NCBI GenBank assembly: GCA_963665845.2
Contig: OY762492.1
Location: 2,848,001 to 2,912,000, forward strand
Direction of reading: 5' to 3'
Length of the DNA stretch: 64,000 bases
Source of the DNA: Candidatus Poribacteria bacterium
Lineage (GTDB): Bacteria > Poribacteria > WGA-4E > GCA-2687025
Shown: one piece after another, positions 35,788 to 46,341 of the stretch
Numbering within the stretch: position 1 is the first letter of the stretch
How the letters are laid out: every line of letters starts with the position of its first letter
Made by a program: the position numbers and the translations under genes
Notes under the pieces: generated by a model
Database searches by the model: none
What the model saw: the letters and a program-made list of their open reading frames with translations, nothing else
Told to the model about the DNA's origin: nothing

Positions 35788-36558
35788 TTGGCAAAAAAGC
35801 GCCTTAGCCAGCATTTTTTGCGCGACCCCGGCGTTTTGAACCGCATCGCGGATTCGGCGGGGTTGTCGCCGGGAGCGGAGGCGGTTGAGATCGGGGCGGG
35901 TTCCGGCGGCTTGACGCGCGTCTTGGCGGAGCGCGTCCGCCCCGGCGGCAGAATCGCGGCGGTCGAGATTGACGAGTCTTTCATCGAGTCGTTGAAAGAG
36001 ATGGAGAATGTTGAGGCAGTCCACGCGGACATCTTAAAAACGCCCTTGCCGACGCTGCTGAAAGCGCCGGGCGCCGTCATCGGAAATCTGCCGTACCATA
36101 TCACGACGCCTGTTTTGGAGTGGCTTGTTCAATACCGTTCCATGTGTACGTCGGCGACGCTCATGGCGCAGCGGGAGTTTGCGCGTCGGGCGGCTCTGGC
36201 GCCGGGCGAGAAGGGGTGCGGCTCCATCTCCGTTTTTGTGCATTACTATTTTGAGGTGAAGACGCTGTTCGATGTCGGACCGGGAGCGTTCACGCCGCGC
36301 CCCAAGGTTTGGTCAACCGTGTTTCAGTTGGAACCTTTAAAGGAGACGCGCGTCCAGCCTCAAGACGAAGAGGTGTTTTTTGCGGCGGCGCGCGCCGCGT
36401 TTGGTCAACGGCGCAAGACGCTGCGCAACGCTTTGAAAAGCCGCTTTCCGCATCGGATCGAAGCGCTGCGCGAAGCGGGCATTGACGACAGCCGCCGCGG
36501 CGAGACGTTGAGTATGGAGGAGCTGCGCGCGCTCGCGGACGCTTTATGCAAACGCTGA
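35788..36558 (+). CDS. rsmA: 16S rRNA m6,6A dimethyltransferase
   Basis: KKRLSQHFL, EIGAGSGGLT, GNLPYHITTP, F.PRPKV.S, FGQRRKTLRN, RGETLS. Confidence 0.96.
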   Translation: MAKKRLSQHFLRDPGVLNRIADSAGLSPGAEAVEIGAGSGGLTRVLAERVRPGGRIAAVEIDESFIESLKEMENVEAVHADILKTPLPTLLKAPGAVIGNLPYHITTPVLEWLVQYRSMCTSATLMAQREFARRAALAPGEKGCGSISVFVHYYFEVKTLFDVGPGAFTPRPKVWSTVFQLEPLKETRVQPQDEEVFFAAARAAFGQRRKTLRNALKSRFPHRIEALREAGIDDSRRGETLSMEELRALADALCKR

Positions 36559-36687
36559 AACATCCGCCGTTCCGATTCGTTTGAATTGACGCTCCAACAA
36601 AGCGGCGTCTCTAGACGGCGGGGGTCATTGCGCGCCGTTCCAAATGTCGTCTGCAGCCGCCTTTCACAAAGTTTCTTGAGTAGGTTT

Positions 36688-37761
36688 ATGAAGCCGCATC
36701 TTTTTTGGCGTTGTTTGCTGCTGGCCGTTTGTTTGGGCTGCGCGTCCGATTCGGGTCTGCGTCCGTTGATCGACGCGCAGCAGCGTTATGCAGTACAGGG
36801 AGCGTCGCCGGCGGAGTGGGTGTCGCTGGGCGAGGCGTTTGAGGCGCAGGAGCCGAAGGCGGGCTGCGAAGCGCTGTTCGGCGCGGCAATCAGTTACTAC
36901 GACGCCGAGGCGATGGCGCGGGCGGCGGCGGCGTTTGAACGTCTCCTGTCCGAGTATCCGACATCGCCGCGTCTGCCGGAGACGCTGTACTATCTTGCGG
37001 TTACATACGATGGGCTGGAACGGTCGGCGGAGTCATACCCCCTGCTGAATCGGTTGGTCAGCGAGTTTCCGGGCAATCGATACGCAAAGGAGGCGGCGCG
37101 TTATCTGTCCGGCGTTGAGGGGGGCGTCTTGATACGCGGAGCGGGTCGGGTCGGCGGGCGTTCTCGCTGGATCGTCGTGGACGCGGGACACGGAGGAGCC
37201 GACTCTGGGGCGGTCGCGCGCGGCGGGCGTCAAGAGAAGGAGATTGTTCTCGATATAGCGCGCCGCCTAACGGAAATACTGACCAGAAGCGGATACGATG
37301 TGCTGTTGACGCGCAACGAGGATCGTTTCGTTCCGCTGCCGCTCCGAAACCGCATGGGTCGGCAGAATCAGGCGGGCGTCTTTGTGAGCCTGCATGTGAA
37401 CTGGGCGCGGCATTCTTCGGCGAGCGGCATTGAGACCTGGGTGGCTCCGTTGTCGCATCCTGAATTTGCGGCGCTGCCTGCGGGGACGGCGTCCCGCCTT
37501 TATGAAGAGAACCGCGCCTTTGCGGCGATTGCGCAGCGGACGCTCACGCGCGAAACGGGGGCGAGAGACCGCGGCGTCAAGGAGGGCGCTTTCAGGGCTT
37601 TGAGGGGACTGCGCGTCCCGGCGATACTGGTCGAAATGGGTTTTTTATCGAACCGCGCGGAGGCGGCGCGTTTAGAACGTTCATCGTATCGGCAGCTCTT
37701 GGCGGAGGGGCTGGCGCGCGCGATCCTGTCCTATACTGAAAGCTCCGGCGCGAGTTCATGA
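36688..37761 (+). CDS. N-acetylmuramoyl-L-alanine amidase (Amidase_3) with N-terminal TPR/BamD-like lipoprotein domain
   Basis: LGC lipobox, F..L...YP.S TPR repeats, VDAGHGG.DSGA, SLHVN, PAILVEMGFLSN. Confidence 0.88.
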   Translation: MKPHLFWRCLLLAVCLGCASDSGLRPLIDAQQRYAVQGASPAEWVSLGEAFEAQEPKAGCEALFGAAISYYDAEAMARAAAAFERLLSEYPTSPRLPETLYYLAVTYDGLERSAESYPLLNRLVSEFPGNRYAKEAARYLSGVEGGVLIRGAGRVGGRSRWIVVDAGHGGADSGAVARGGRQEKEIVLDIARRLTEILTRSGYDVLLTRNEDRFVPLPLRNRMGRQNQAGVFVSLHVNWARHSSASGIETWVAPLSHPEFAALPAGTASRLYEENRAFAAIAQRTLTRETGARDRGVKEGAFRALRGLRVPAILVEMGFLSNRAEAARLERSSYRQLLAEGLARAILSYTESSGASS

Positions 37762-37955
37762 GGGCGCGCCGTTTTATTTTTTTTAACCGCGCCAACCGGA
37801 TCGTCATTCCCGCGCAAGCGGGAATCTTAGGCGCCGCCAACCGGATCGTCATTCCCGCGCAAGCGGGAATCTTAGGCGCTGTCCGCGTTCACCATCCGAA
37901 TTGTCCCAACTCTAAGAGTAAGTTCTGCATGAGGGCGCGGCGTTTCATTTTTTCC
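37757..37955. repeat. Tandem 45-bp units with dRS3-like hairpins, flanked by ~27-bp imperfect direct repeats
   Basis: Hairpins at 37806-37825 and 37851-37870; CATGAGGGCGCG(C/G)CGTTT(T/C)ATTTTTT at ~37757 and ~37928. Confidence 0.8.
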
Positions 37956-37966
37956 AGCCTCAAAAA

Positions 37967-39493
37967 ATGAAATTCTCCGACCGCGCCGTTCCTGTTGCGC
38001 TGTTGGCGGTCTGGCTCGCGCTGCGGTTTTGGACGCTCGCGGAGATGCCGTCGGCGCCCGACCCGCGCGAATCGCTCATTGTTCAAGACGCCCTGGCGAT
38101 TCTAAACGGCGGGGCGCCGCAGATGTTCAACTGGCCAGGGACGCCGTGGACGCATCTCGCCGCGCTGTTTTCTTGGCTGTTTCAGACGGCGGACGCCGCA
38201 CGTTTGGCGGGGTTGATGCGCGGGGCGTCGCTGCTGTTTGGGGCGGTTTGCCTGTTGTTGATGTACAGGCTGGGGCGGCGTTTCGGCGGGCAAAGCGTTT
38301 TGGCGCCGCTGCTGTTGGCGTTGACTCCCTCGTTTTCGGCGGGGGAGGCGAACGCCGCGCTGGTTGACGTTCCGGCGCTGGCTCTCGGTCTGGCGGCGAT
38401 CACATGCGCCTTTTCAAACCGCCCGCTCTCTTCAAAACGCGCGTTCTGGGTCGGGTCGCTCATCGGGTTCGGCATGGCGTTCAAATGGACGGCGGGCGTT
38501 TATGCGGTTCCCGCCGCCGTTTTTCTTCTGTTGGACGATTCCTCTCGACGCTCCAAGGCGGGCGCGGCGCTGTCGGCGGCGGGCGGGGGGGTTGTCGGCA
38601 TTCTTGTCGGCTGCCCGTATCTTCTGATCGATTTTCCGCTGGTTTGGGAGGGGCTGCGTTATGAGTTGTCGCATTACAAGGCGGGGCATTTCGCCCTGTT
38701 TCCAACCGCCGAAGACAACATTTTTTCATCGGCGCTGCGGCATGCGGAGGCGTTTGTCTGGTCGGCGGGACCGGGGCTGGCATTGACGTTTGCAGCCGTT
38801 TTTTGCGCCTCGCTCATTCCGTTTTTTAAAAAAGAAAAAGGGCGGGAGCGGATTGCGTTGACCGCGTGGACGCTGACGGCGGCGCTTTCGGTGGCGCTTC
38901 ATCATTTCAGTTTTTCGCGCCATTGGCTGTTGACGCTGCCGCCGCTGGCGTTGACGGCGTCGGCGGTTATGGGCGAATCAAAACGGCGGGCGGCATGGGC
39001 TGCGGTATGTTTGGCGGCGGCGCATTCGCTTCTGTTGACCGCCGCGCTTGACATGCAGACGCGGCAACCCTCAACGATTCAGCGGTGCGAATCCTGGATC
39101 AGCGAGAGCGGGCTGGAGGTTTCCCACGGACCTTCGGAGCCGACGCTCGCATGGATTTATCCGTCGGGGCTGTCGTCTGCGTTGGAGGCGGAGGCGTTTG
39201 CCGCTGCGTCGGCGGAGGCGAAGCTGCAGCGCGCTGTCTGGGAGAGGGCGGAACAGTACCGCGAGACCGATTTTTTTCCGTTGACGCGCGCCGATTTTAC
39301 AACAGGCAGGTTTCACGCGCGGCTGACGGAATCGGGCGAGTACCGCATGGCGGCGCGTTTTTCGGCGGAGCATTCCGCTTGGGTTCGCGCGTTTCTGTTT
39401 TTAGGTCGAGAGCCGCCGTTTCCGCACAACGCGCTGTTTCATCCAGAGCTGCGCGTTTATGTCCGCGGCGCGCCGAGCGAAACGGCGCCGTAA
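37967..39493 (+). CDS. GT-C (ArnT/PMT family 39-like) membrane glycosyltransferase
   Basis: Many TM segments; FNWP, R..S..FG, VD, G....KW.A, P(Y/F)...D motifs. Confidence 0.75.
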   Translation: MKFSDRAVPVALLAVWLALRFWTLAEMPSAPDPRESLIVQDALAILNGGAPQMFNWPGTPWTHLAALFSWLFQTADAARLAGLMRGASLLFGAVCLLLMYRLGRRFGGQSVLAPLLLALTPSFSAGEANAALVDVPALALGLAAITCAFSNRPLSSKRAFWVGSLIGFGMAFKWTAGVYAVPAAVFLLLDDSSRRSKAGAALSAAGGGVVGILVGCPYLLIDFPLVWEGLRYELSHYKAGHFALFPTAEDNIFSSALRHAEAFVWSAGPGLALTFAAVFCASLIPFFKKEKGRERIALTAWTLTAALSVALHHFSFSRHWLLTLPPLALTASAVMGESKRRAAWAAVCLAAAHSLLLTAALDMQTRQPSTIQRCESWISESGLEVSHGPSEPTLAWIYPSGLSSALEAEAFAAASAEAKLQRAVWERAEQYRETDFFPLTRADFTTGRFHARLTESGEYRMAARFSAEHSAWVRAFLFLGREPPFPHNALFHPELRVYVRGAPSETAP

Positions 39494-39559
39494 AGAAAAA
39501 CGGCGGAACGTTGAGGCTCCGCCGTTTATCTTGAATTGCGGCTCATCGGTTGGAGGGCG

Positions 39560-40975
39560 TTATTCGCCGGGATTATCCGGCTGCGTATCGTCATCCCCGG
39601 CGCCGTTGCCGGGGTCAGGATTGGCGGTATTCCCGCCTCCGTTGCCTGGGTTGTCTCCGCCTCCGTTGCCAGTGTTCGGGTTGTCGATGGGTCCGCCGGG
39701 ATCGGCTCCCTTGAGCGGATTTTCCCACAGCGCATGGAACATGGACGCGCCGTCCTGAATCTTCATGATGACAAGGTCTTTGACCGCGAGCCTGTTTTCA
39801 TCGAAATGAGAGATGACGGTGGCGCCGCGGTAGTCGCCGATCTTGACCAGCGCCTCAAGAATGGCGTCCCCGTCTAGCGGGTTGCTTGCGCCGACAGTGT
39901 CATCGTCGCCGCCCCCGTTTTCTGGGAGCGGGGTTGCGTTCACGCCCGCATTTTCAATTGCCTCCGCAAGGATCATCATGGCGTCAAACCCGTTTCCGGC
40001 GAAGCTGTCGGCGGGCATGCCGTAGGCGGCTTCATAAGCGGCGGCGAACTGCTGCGCTTCAGGAGTCGCGCTTGGCAGAAAGTCGATGGTGAAATAGGAG
40101 CCGTCCAGAACCGAGTTGTCGTCCAAGACGGAGAAAAGCTCGGCGGGATTGTCCCATCCGTTCGGTCCGATGAAGACGCCCTCGTAGCCGGCGGCGCGCG
40201 CTTGGTCAATAATGAGCGAAACCTCCGGCGGAAAACAGATCAAAAAACAAACGTCGGAGCCGCCGGCGGCCAGCGCCGCCGCATGCGCCGAAAAATCGAC
40301 CGTTTCGACAACATAGGTTTCTGCCGAGACGACGGAGCCGCCTGCCGCTTCAAACAGCTGCGTAAAGGACGCTGTCAACTGCTCCGAGTAAGCGTCTCCC
40401 TCCAGCGCGAGGATAGACGCCGTTTCCGCCTTCAGCTCCTTGCGCGCAAAGTCGGAGAGAATCGTCGACTGCAGCGGCAGGTTGGCGCTGATCAGCGCGG
40501 CATGGGAGTAGCTTTGCGTCACAACAGGCGATGTGGCTGCCGGGATGAACGGGGTCGTCGCGCCCGCTTGGTTCAACGCTTGACCGAGAGCGATGGAGCT
40601 GGTTGAAAAGAAGGGTCCGACAATCGCCGCGACGCCTTCGTTCTGAATCAGGTCTTGCGCCGCGCCGATGGTGGAGGCGGCGGTCGGGTACGGGTCGCCC
40701 CCTTGGTTGTCGCGCTTGACGAACTCCGCCTGGACGCCATGAATGCCGCCGTTGGCGTTGACATGCGCGAGGGCAAGCTCGGCGCCGAGGGAGAAGCTCG
40801 GGAAGTAGCCGGAAGGCTGAATCAGCCCGATTTTGACCGCATCGCCGCCAACAGGACCGGACGGGTCGGTGTCAAGCGCGTCCATCAATGAATCGCACCC
40901 GGCGATCATGAACACGCCGAGAGCCGCCGCAAGCGCAGCGATGACGCCCATTTTTGAGGTTGTTTTGAGGTTCAC
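39560..40975 (-). CDS. LivJ/LivK-like ABC substrate-binding lipoprotein (paralog 1, Gly/Asn/Asp-rich tail)
   Basis: AGC lipobox, KIGLI.P, G.ELA...N..GGI.G, AIVGP..S, G..GWD, G.DA; GTG start 40975 by homology to paralog 2. Confidence 0.9.
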   Translation of the reverse strand: MNLKTTSKMGVIAALAAALGVFMIAGCDSLMDALDTDPSGPVGGDAVKIGLIQPSGYFPSFSLGAELALAHVNANGGIHGVQAEFVKRDNQGGDPYPTAASTIGAAQDLIQNEGVAAIVGPFFSTSSIALGQALNQAGATTPFIPAATSPVVTQSYSHAALISANLPLQSTILSDFARKELKAETASILALEGDAYSEQLTASFTQLFEAAGGSVVSAETYVVETVDFSAHAAALAAGGSDVCFLICFPPEVSLIIDQARAAGYEGVFIGPNGWDNPAELFSVLDDNSVLDGSYFTIDFLPSATPEAQQFAAAYEAAYGMPADSFAGNGFDAMMILAEAIENAGVNATPLPENGGGDDDTVGASNPLDGDAILEALVKIGDYRGATVISHFDENRLAVKDLVIMKIQDGASMFHALWENPLKGADPGGPIDNPNTGNGGGDNPGNGGGNTANPDPGNGAGDDDTQPDNPGE

Positions 40976-41093
40976 TGAAATCCTTTCTAACATAGATGTA
41001 TGGATTCAACGGCTTTCACTAAACCGATAACGAGATGGGTTGTCAATTCGTTGACTCGGCTTTTAACGATCTCTACTTTATGTATGAGGTCAG

Positions 41094-42350
41094 TTAACCG
41101 CCCTCCGCTTTCTCGCGCTGAAGCGGATACGCATCGATCGGCTCGCCTGTCTCCGGACGCGGATCCAACGGCGGCATGCGCCGCTCCGCCGCCTCGATGG
41201 CGGACGCCAGCCGCTCCCGTTTCCGCGCTTCAATATCGGCGCGCCGCTCCTGAAACGCCGGCATCGTCTCCTCGGCGAAGAGTTGAAGCGACTCGCAGAT
41301 ATGCTCATGCCGATTATTGCCCGCCTGCTGCAAAAACACGACCTGGTCAACGCCCGCCTCCTCCATCTTGAAAAGCCGCTCCCCGACCTGCTCAGGCGTT
41401 CCGATGCCGACTCCTCCGCTCTTGAAAGCGGTCCCCCCTAGCTGTTCAGGCATTTCTTTGCCGTCTCCGCCGCTTCCAGGCTTGTTGTTCCGCTCCTTAA
41501 ACCGCTTCCAGATGTCGGAGCGCCCAGGCTGATGCGACCCGTTCACATAATAATGCGCGAGCGCAAACTGAAAGAAACGAAACCCCTCCCAGCCGCGTTC
41601 GAACGCCGTCCGCTCATCCGTATGGCACGAAAAGCTGGCGACCATCGCCACATTCGGATTCACCGCCCGTCCGATCGGCCGGCATTCCGTTTCAAAGACG
41701 CGGTAGTACTCGTCCACCCACATCTTCGCGTCTTCCGGGCTGACAAACGCAAACGCCAACGCGCCCATCCCTAGACGCGCCGCCCGCCGTATCGTCTCCC
41801 GACTCGAACAAGCGACCCACAACGGCGGATGCGGTTTCTGAACAGGCTTCGGAATCACATTGCGCGCGGGCATTGAAAAATGCTCGCCTTCATAACCAGC
41901 GTACGGCGTCTGCGCCATCATCTTTGCCGTTTCGCGCACCGACTCTTCCCACATGCTGCGCTTCGCTTCCGGCGCGATGCCAAATCCCTCCAGCTCCATG
42001 CGGGACGCCGACTCGCCCGTTCCCCATTCCACGCGCCCGTTCGACACAAGGTCCAGCGTCGCGATGCGCTCCGCAATGCGGGCGGGATGGTTATACGCCG
42101 GCGGATGCTGCACAATGCCATGCCCCAAGCGTATTCGGCTCGTCCGCTGGCTGCATGCCGCCAAAAACACCTCCGGCGCGGACGAATGCGAATACTCGTC
42201 TAAAAAATGATGTTCCACCTCCCAGACGCAATCGTAACCGAGGCGGTCTGCCAGCTCCGCTTGGTCCAGCGCCTCATGGTAGAGGCGCAGCTCAGAGCCT
42301 TCGTCCCAAGGGCGCGGCAGCTGATGCTCATAAAACAGGCCAAACTTCAA
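41094..42350 (-). CDS. LLM-class flavin-dependent oxidoreductase
   Basis: KFGLFYEHQ.P, WEVEHHFL.EYSHSSAPE, HPARIAERIATLD, PKP.QKPHPP. Confidence 0.93.
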   Translation of the reverse strand: MKFGLFYEHQLPRPWDEGSELRLYHEALDQAELADRLGYDCVWEVEHHFLDEYSHSSAPEVFLAACSQRTSRIRLGHGIVQHPPAYNHPARIAERIATLDLVSNGRVEWGTGESASRMELEGFGIAPEAKRSMWEESVRETAKMMAQTPYAGYEGEHFSMPARNVIPKPVQKPHPPLWVACSSRETIRRAARLGMGALAFAFVSPEDAKMWVDEYYRVFETECRPIGRAVNPNVAMVASFSCHTDERTAFERGWEGFRFFQFALAHYYVNGSHQPGRSDIWKRFKERNNKPGSGGDGKEMPEQLGGTAFKSGGVGIGTPEQVGERLFKMEEAGVDQVVFLQQAGNNRHEHICESLQLFAEETMPAFQERRADIEARKRERLASAIEAAERRMPPLDPRPETGEPIDAYPLQREKAEGG

Positions 42351-42385
42351 TCCAACGATCCTTCCGGTATTTTACAAGAGCAGGG

Positions 42386-43609
42386 TTATTCGGACGCCTT
42401 GAGCGGATTGTCCCATAGAGCGTGGAACGCGGACGCGCCGCCCTGAATCTTCATGACAACAAGGTCTTTCACCGCGAGCCTGTTCTCGTCAAAATGCGAA
42501 ATGTAGGTGGCGCCTTGGTAACCGCGTATCGCTATCAGGGCGTCCATGATCGCGCCGCCGGTCAGTTCCGCCCCGTCCGCTCCCGCCGTTTCCATCGCCT
42601 GCGCGAGAATCGACATCGCGTCGAACCCGTTGCCCGCCAGGCTGTCGACAGGCTCGTCGTAAAACGCTTCGTACGCGTCGGCGAACTGCTGCGCTTCAGG
42701 AGTCGCGCTTGGCAGAAAGTCGATGGTGAAATAGGAGCCGTCCAGAGCCGAGTTGTCGTCTAAGACGGTGTAGAACGCGCCGGGGACATCCCACCCGTTC
42801 GGGCCGATGAAGATCCCCTCATAGCCGGCGGCGCGCGCCTGTCCGATGATGAGCGGAACCTCCGGCGGAAAGCTGGTCAAGAAACAAACGTCGGAGCCGC
42901 CGGCGAGCAGCGTTTCCACATTCGCCGAGAAGTCGACCGAGGCGACAACGTAGGTTTCAGACGAGGCGACCGTCCCGCCGTCCGCTTCAAACGCCTGCGT
43001 AAAGACGGCGGTCAACGCCTGGGAGACGGCGTCCGCTTCCTGCGCGATGATGGCCGCCGTTTCCGCCTTCAGCTCCTTGCGCGCAAAGTCGGAGAGGATC
43101 GTCGCATGGAGCTGGGCGTTCGCGCTAATCAGGGCGACATTGGAGTAATACTGCGTCACGATGGGCGATGTGGACGCCGGGATGAACGGGGTTGTTCCGC
43201 CCGACTGCGTCAACGCCTGCCCAAGAGCGATGGAGTTTGTGGAAAAAACAGGTCCGATGATCGCCGTCACGCCTTCGTTTATGATCAGATCGCGCGCCGC
43301 GTCGATGGTGGAGGCGGCGGTCGGGTACGGGTCGGTTCCGATGTTGTCGCGTTCGATAAATTCCGCCTGCCTGCCGAGAATGCCGCCGCTGGCGTTGATC
43401 TGGGCGAGGGCGAGTTCGGCGCCCATAGCGAAGCTTGGGTAGGCTGCTCTAGGCTGAATCAGCCCCAGCTTGATCGTTTCATCCGAAGGCTCGGACGGAT
43501 CGGAATCGAGCGCGTCAATGAGAGTGTCGCATCCTGCAAGGATGACAATGCCGAGAGCCGCCGCAAGAGCCGCGATGATGATCATTTTTGAGGTTGATTT
43601 TATGTTCAC
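42386..43609 (-). CDS. LivJ/LivK-like substrate-binding lipoprotein (paralog 2)
   Basis: Highly similar to paralogs 1 and 3; LAGC lipobox. Confidence 0.9.
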   Translation of the reverse strand: MNIKSTSKMIIIAALAAALGIVILAGCDTLIDALDSDPSEPSDETIKLGLIQPRAAYPSFAMGAELALAQINASGGILGRQAEFIERDNIGTDPYPTAASTIDAARDLIINEGVTAIIGPVFSTNSIALGQALTQSGGTTPFIPASTSPIVTQYYSNVALISANAQLHATILSDFARKELKAETAAIIAQEADAVSQALTAVFTQAFEADGGTVASSETYVVASVDFSANVETLLAGGSDVCFLTSFPPEVPLIIGQARAAGYEGIFIGPNGWDVPGAFYTVLDDNSALDGSYFTIDFLPSATPEAQQFADAYEAFYDEPVDSLAGNGFDAMSILAQAMETAGADGAELTGGAIMDALIAIRGYQGATYISHFDENRLAVKDLVVMKIQGGASAFHALWDNPLKASE

Positions 43610-43718
43610 TAAAACCCTTTCTAACTTAGAGATATGGATTCAATGGCTTTCACGATGCCCAATAACGAGATGGGGCGTAAATTCGTTGATCCGACCTTTA
43701 ACTCCGAACTTATCCTTA

Positions 43719-43855
43719 AAGTTGGGACATGTCGGCATACGAACGCAGACGCCGTCCGCGACGCCTCTAGATTCCCGCTTACGCGGGAATGACGATCCGG
43801 TTGGCGACGCTTTTTCCCATGAATAAAGGCTTTGGTCATTCAGATGTCTCAACTT
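43719..43855. mobile_element. 137-bp MITE-like element, second copy
   Basis: AAGTTGGGACAT...ATGTCTCAACTT, internal hairpin 43771-43790; colinear with 30063-30199. Confidence 0.7.
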
Positions 43856-43872
43856 TACACATGAGATTGGGG

Positions 43873-45099
43873 TTATTCGGATTCCTTGAGCGGATTGTCC
43901 CATAGAGCGTGGAACATGGACGCGCCGCCCTGAATCTTCATGACGACAAGGTCTTTCACCGCGAGCCTGTTTTCGTCAAAATGCGAGATGTAGGTGGCGC
44001 CTTGATAACCGCGTATCGCTGTCAGGGCATCCATGATCGCGCCGCCCGTGAGTTCCGCCCCGTCCGCCCCCGCCGTTTCCATCGCCTGCGCGAGAACCGA
44101 CATCGCGTCAAACCCGTTGCCCGCTAGGCTGTCGACAGGCTGTCCGTAAAACGCTTCATACGCGGCGGCGAACTGCTGCGCTTCAGGAGTCGCGCCGGGA
44201 AGAAAGTCGACGGTGAAATAGGAGCCGTCCAGAACCGAGTTGTCGTCCAAGACGGAGTAAAAATCGGCGGGGACATCCCATCCGTTCGCGCCGATGAAGA
44301 CGCCCTCATAGCCGGCGGCGCGCGCCTGGTCAATGATGAGCGGAACCTCCGGCGGAAAGCTGGTCAAGAAACAGACGTCGGAGCCGCCGGCGAGCAGCGT
44401 TTCTACATTTGCCGAAAAGTCGACCGTTTCGACAATATAGGTTTCGGTCGAGGCGGCCGTCCCGCCGTCCGCTTCAAACAGCTGCGTAAAGGCGGCGGTC
44501 AACAGCTGGGAGTAGGCGTCCTCCTTCAGCGCGAGAATGGATGCCGTTTCCGCCTTCAGCTCCTTGCGCGCAAAGTCGGAGAGGATCGCCGCATGGAGCG
44601 GTACGTTCGCGCTGACCAGGGCGACATGGGCGTAATTTTGCGTCACGATAGGCGATGTGGACGCGGGGACGAACGGGGTCGTTTCACCCGCCTGCGTCAA
44701 CGCCTGCCCAAGAGCGATGGAGCTTGTGGAAAGGACAGGTCCGACGATCGCCGTCACGCCTTCGTTCTGAATCAGGTCGCGCGCCGCATCGATGGTGGAG
44801 GCGGCGGTTGGATACGGATCGCTGCCTTGGTTGTCGCGTTCGATAAATTCCGCCTGCCTGCCAAGAATGCCGCCGCCGGCGTTGATCTGGGCAAGGGCGA
44901 GCTTGGCGCCCATAGAGAAGCTTGGGCTTGTAGGATAAATCAGCCCAATCTTGATCGTTTCACCCGCGCCAGGCTCGGACGGATCGGAATCCAGCGCGTC
45001 TATGAGGGTGTTGCATCCGCCAAAGATGACGTAGAGAGCTGCCGCAATCGCAGCGATTATAGCGGCGGGAGATCGTTTTGAGGTCGCTTTTGTGTTCAT
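43873..45099 (-). CDS. LivJ/LivK-like substrate-binding lipoprotein (paralog 3)
   Basis: Highly similar to paralog 2; FGGC lipobox. Confidence 0.9.
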   Translation of the reverse strand: MNTKATSKRSPAAIIAAIAAALYVIFGGCNTLIDALDSDPSEPGAGETIKIGLIYPTSPSFSMGAKLALAQINAGGGILGRQAEFIERDNQGSDPYPTAASTIDAARDLIQNEGVTAIVGPVLSTSSIALGQALTQAGETTPFVPASTSPIVTQNYAHVALVSANVPLHAAILSDFARKELKAETASILALKEDAYSQLLTAAFTQLFEADGGTAASTETYIVETVDFSANVETLLAGGSDVCFLTSFPPEVPLIIDQARAAGYEGVFIGANGWDVPADFYSVLDDNSVLDGSYFTVDFLPGATPEAQQFAAAYEAFYGQPVDSLAGNGFDAMSVLAQAMETAGADGAELTGGAIMDALTAIRGYQGATYISHFDENRLAVKDLVVMKIQGGASMFHALWDNPLKESE

Positions 45100-45124
45100 G
45101 GCGCGCCTTTCTAGTCGGTTCGGT

Positions 45125-46315
45125 TTACGGCGTCAGCAGCTGATAAAAACGCATCTCGCCGTCCTGTATTGTCTGGAGAACGATCGCTTTGATCGGCTGG
45201 CGGTCTTCGTTGAAACGGACCATGGAGGTGGCGCCTTCATAGTCGGTCGTCGCGGCGAGCGCGTCCCGCACGGCGGGGGAGTCCAGGCTGCCCGTCTGCT
45301 CAATCGCCTGCGCGAGCAGCGTCATCGCGTCGTACCCCTTCGGCGATTTGCCGGACGGCGGCTCGCCGTGCACCGCTTCGTAAAGGTTGACGAAATGCTG
45401 AACGCCCGATGACGGCGCCCCGCCGGAGTAGTTGGACGTAAAGAAGGAGCCGTTCAACGGGGCGTTGTCGTCCAATGCGTTCAAGAACGTGTCGGGAGTG
45501 TACCAGCCGGAGCCGCCGATGATGTTGCCTTCATACCCCGCCGCGCGCGCCTGCTCTATGGCGAGCGGAACCTCCGGGGCGAAGCTGGCCGCCAAGATCA
45601 CGTCCGGGTTCGCGGCTAAGAGGGTCTCGATCTGCTCGGAGAAGTCGACGCTTCCAACCGCATAGCTGGCGCGCGCCGCGACCGTTCCGCCCAGCGCTTC
45701 AAAGTTGGCGGTGAACGAATCGGCGAGAATGTTCGAGTACAGGTCGTTCGCTTGGAGAAGGATGGCGGCTGTCTGCGCGCCTAAGTTCTCCGCGGAGGCG
45801 GCGAATTTGGCGAGTTCAACCCCCTGGGAGCTGGTCGTCGGAGCGACCAGGAACACATACTCGCTGGAAGCCGATACGGGCGCGGAGGTGGCGTTCGTGA
45901 TGAGTATCGTTTCGGTCTGCGCGGTGATTTCAGCCAGCTCAACGGCGTTGACCGAGAAGATGACGCCGAGGAGCGCAAAGACCCCCTCGTCCACAATCAG
46001 CTCCTGCGCCGCCTGGACGGTCGCTTCGCCGGTGGGGAAGATGTCGTCGCCTTGGTTGTCGCGGTAGATGAATTCAACCTGTCGTCCGAGGACGCCGCCT
46101 TGCGCGTTCAACTCCTGTCGGGCAAGTTCGGCTCCGGTAGAAAAGCCGTTGAAGTAGCCGCTGGGTTGTATGACGCCGATTTTGAGAGCGCCGCTTGGCT
46201 GAGGTTCTGGGTCCAGCGTTTTGACGAGCTGGTCGCATCCGAGCAGCCCCAAGGTCAACCCGACCGCCAAGAGAATCGCCGCCGGCGCGCGCCATCGTAT
46301 CGTTCGCATTTGCAT
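45125..46315 (-). CDS. LivJ/LivK-like substrate-binding lipoprotein (paralog 4, more divergent)
   Basis: LLGC lipobox, KIGVIQP, GGVLGRQVE, GYDA. Confidence 0.9.
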   Translation of the reverse strand: MQMRTIRWRAPAAILLAVGLTLGLLGCDQLVKTLDPEPQPSGALKIGVIQPSGYFNGFSTGAELARQELNAQGGVLGRQVEFIYRDNQGDDIFPTGEATVQAAQELIVDEGVFALLGVIFSVNAVELAEITAQTETILITNATSAPVSASSEYVFLVAPTTSSQGVELAKFAASAENLGAQTAAILLQANDLYSNILADSFTANFEALGGTVAARASYAVGSVDFSEQIETLLAANPDVILAASFAPEVPLAIEQARAAGYEGNIIGGSGWYTPDTFLNALDDNAPLNGSFFTSNYSGGAPSSGVQHFVNLYEAVHGEPPSGKSPKGYDAMTLLAQAIEQTGSLDSPAVRDALAATTDYEGATSMVRFNEDRQPIKAIVLQTIQDGEMRFYQLLTP

Positions 46316-46341
46316 ATCTCCGCATGATTCAATACATGGTT

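Noticed and set aside
34771-36024. Long antisense/shadow ORFs (e.g. 34771-36024, 5586-6518, 6827-7741, 30916-31935, 32416-33357, 59362-60264)
   Set aside because: They lie opposite well-supported genes, have no recognisable motifs, and are expected in high-GC DNA
37758-37970. Small ORFs containing 'VIPAQAGI' / 'SFPRKRES' (also 7839, 9995, 30005, 33963, 43640, 46690)
   Set aside because: They are translations of the dRS3-like repeat, not genes
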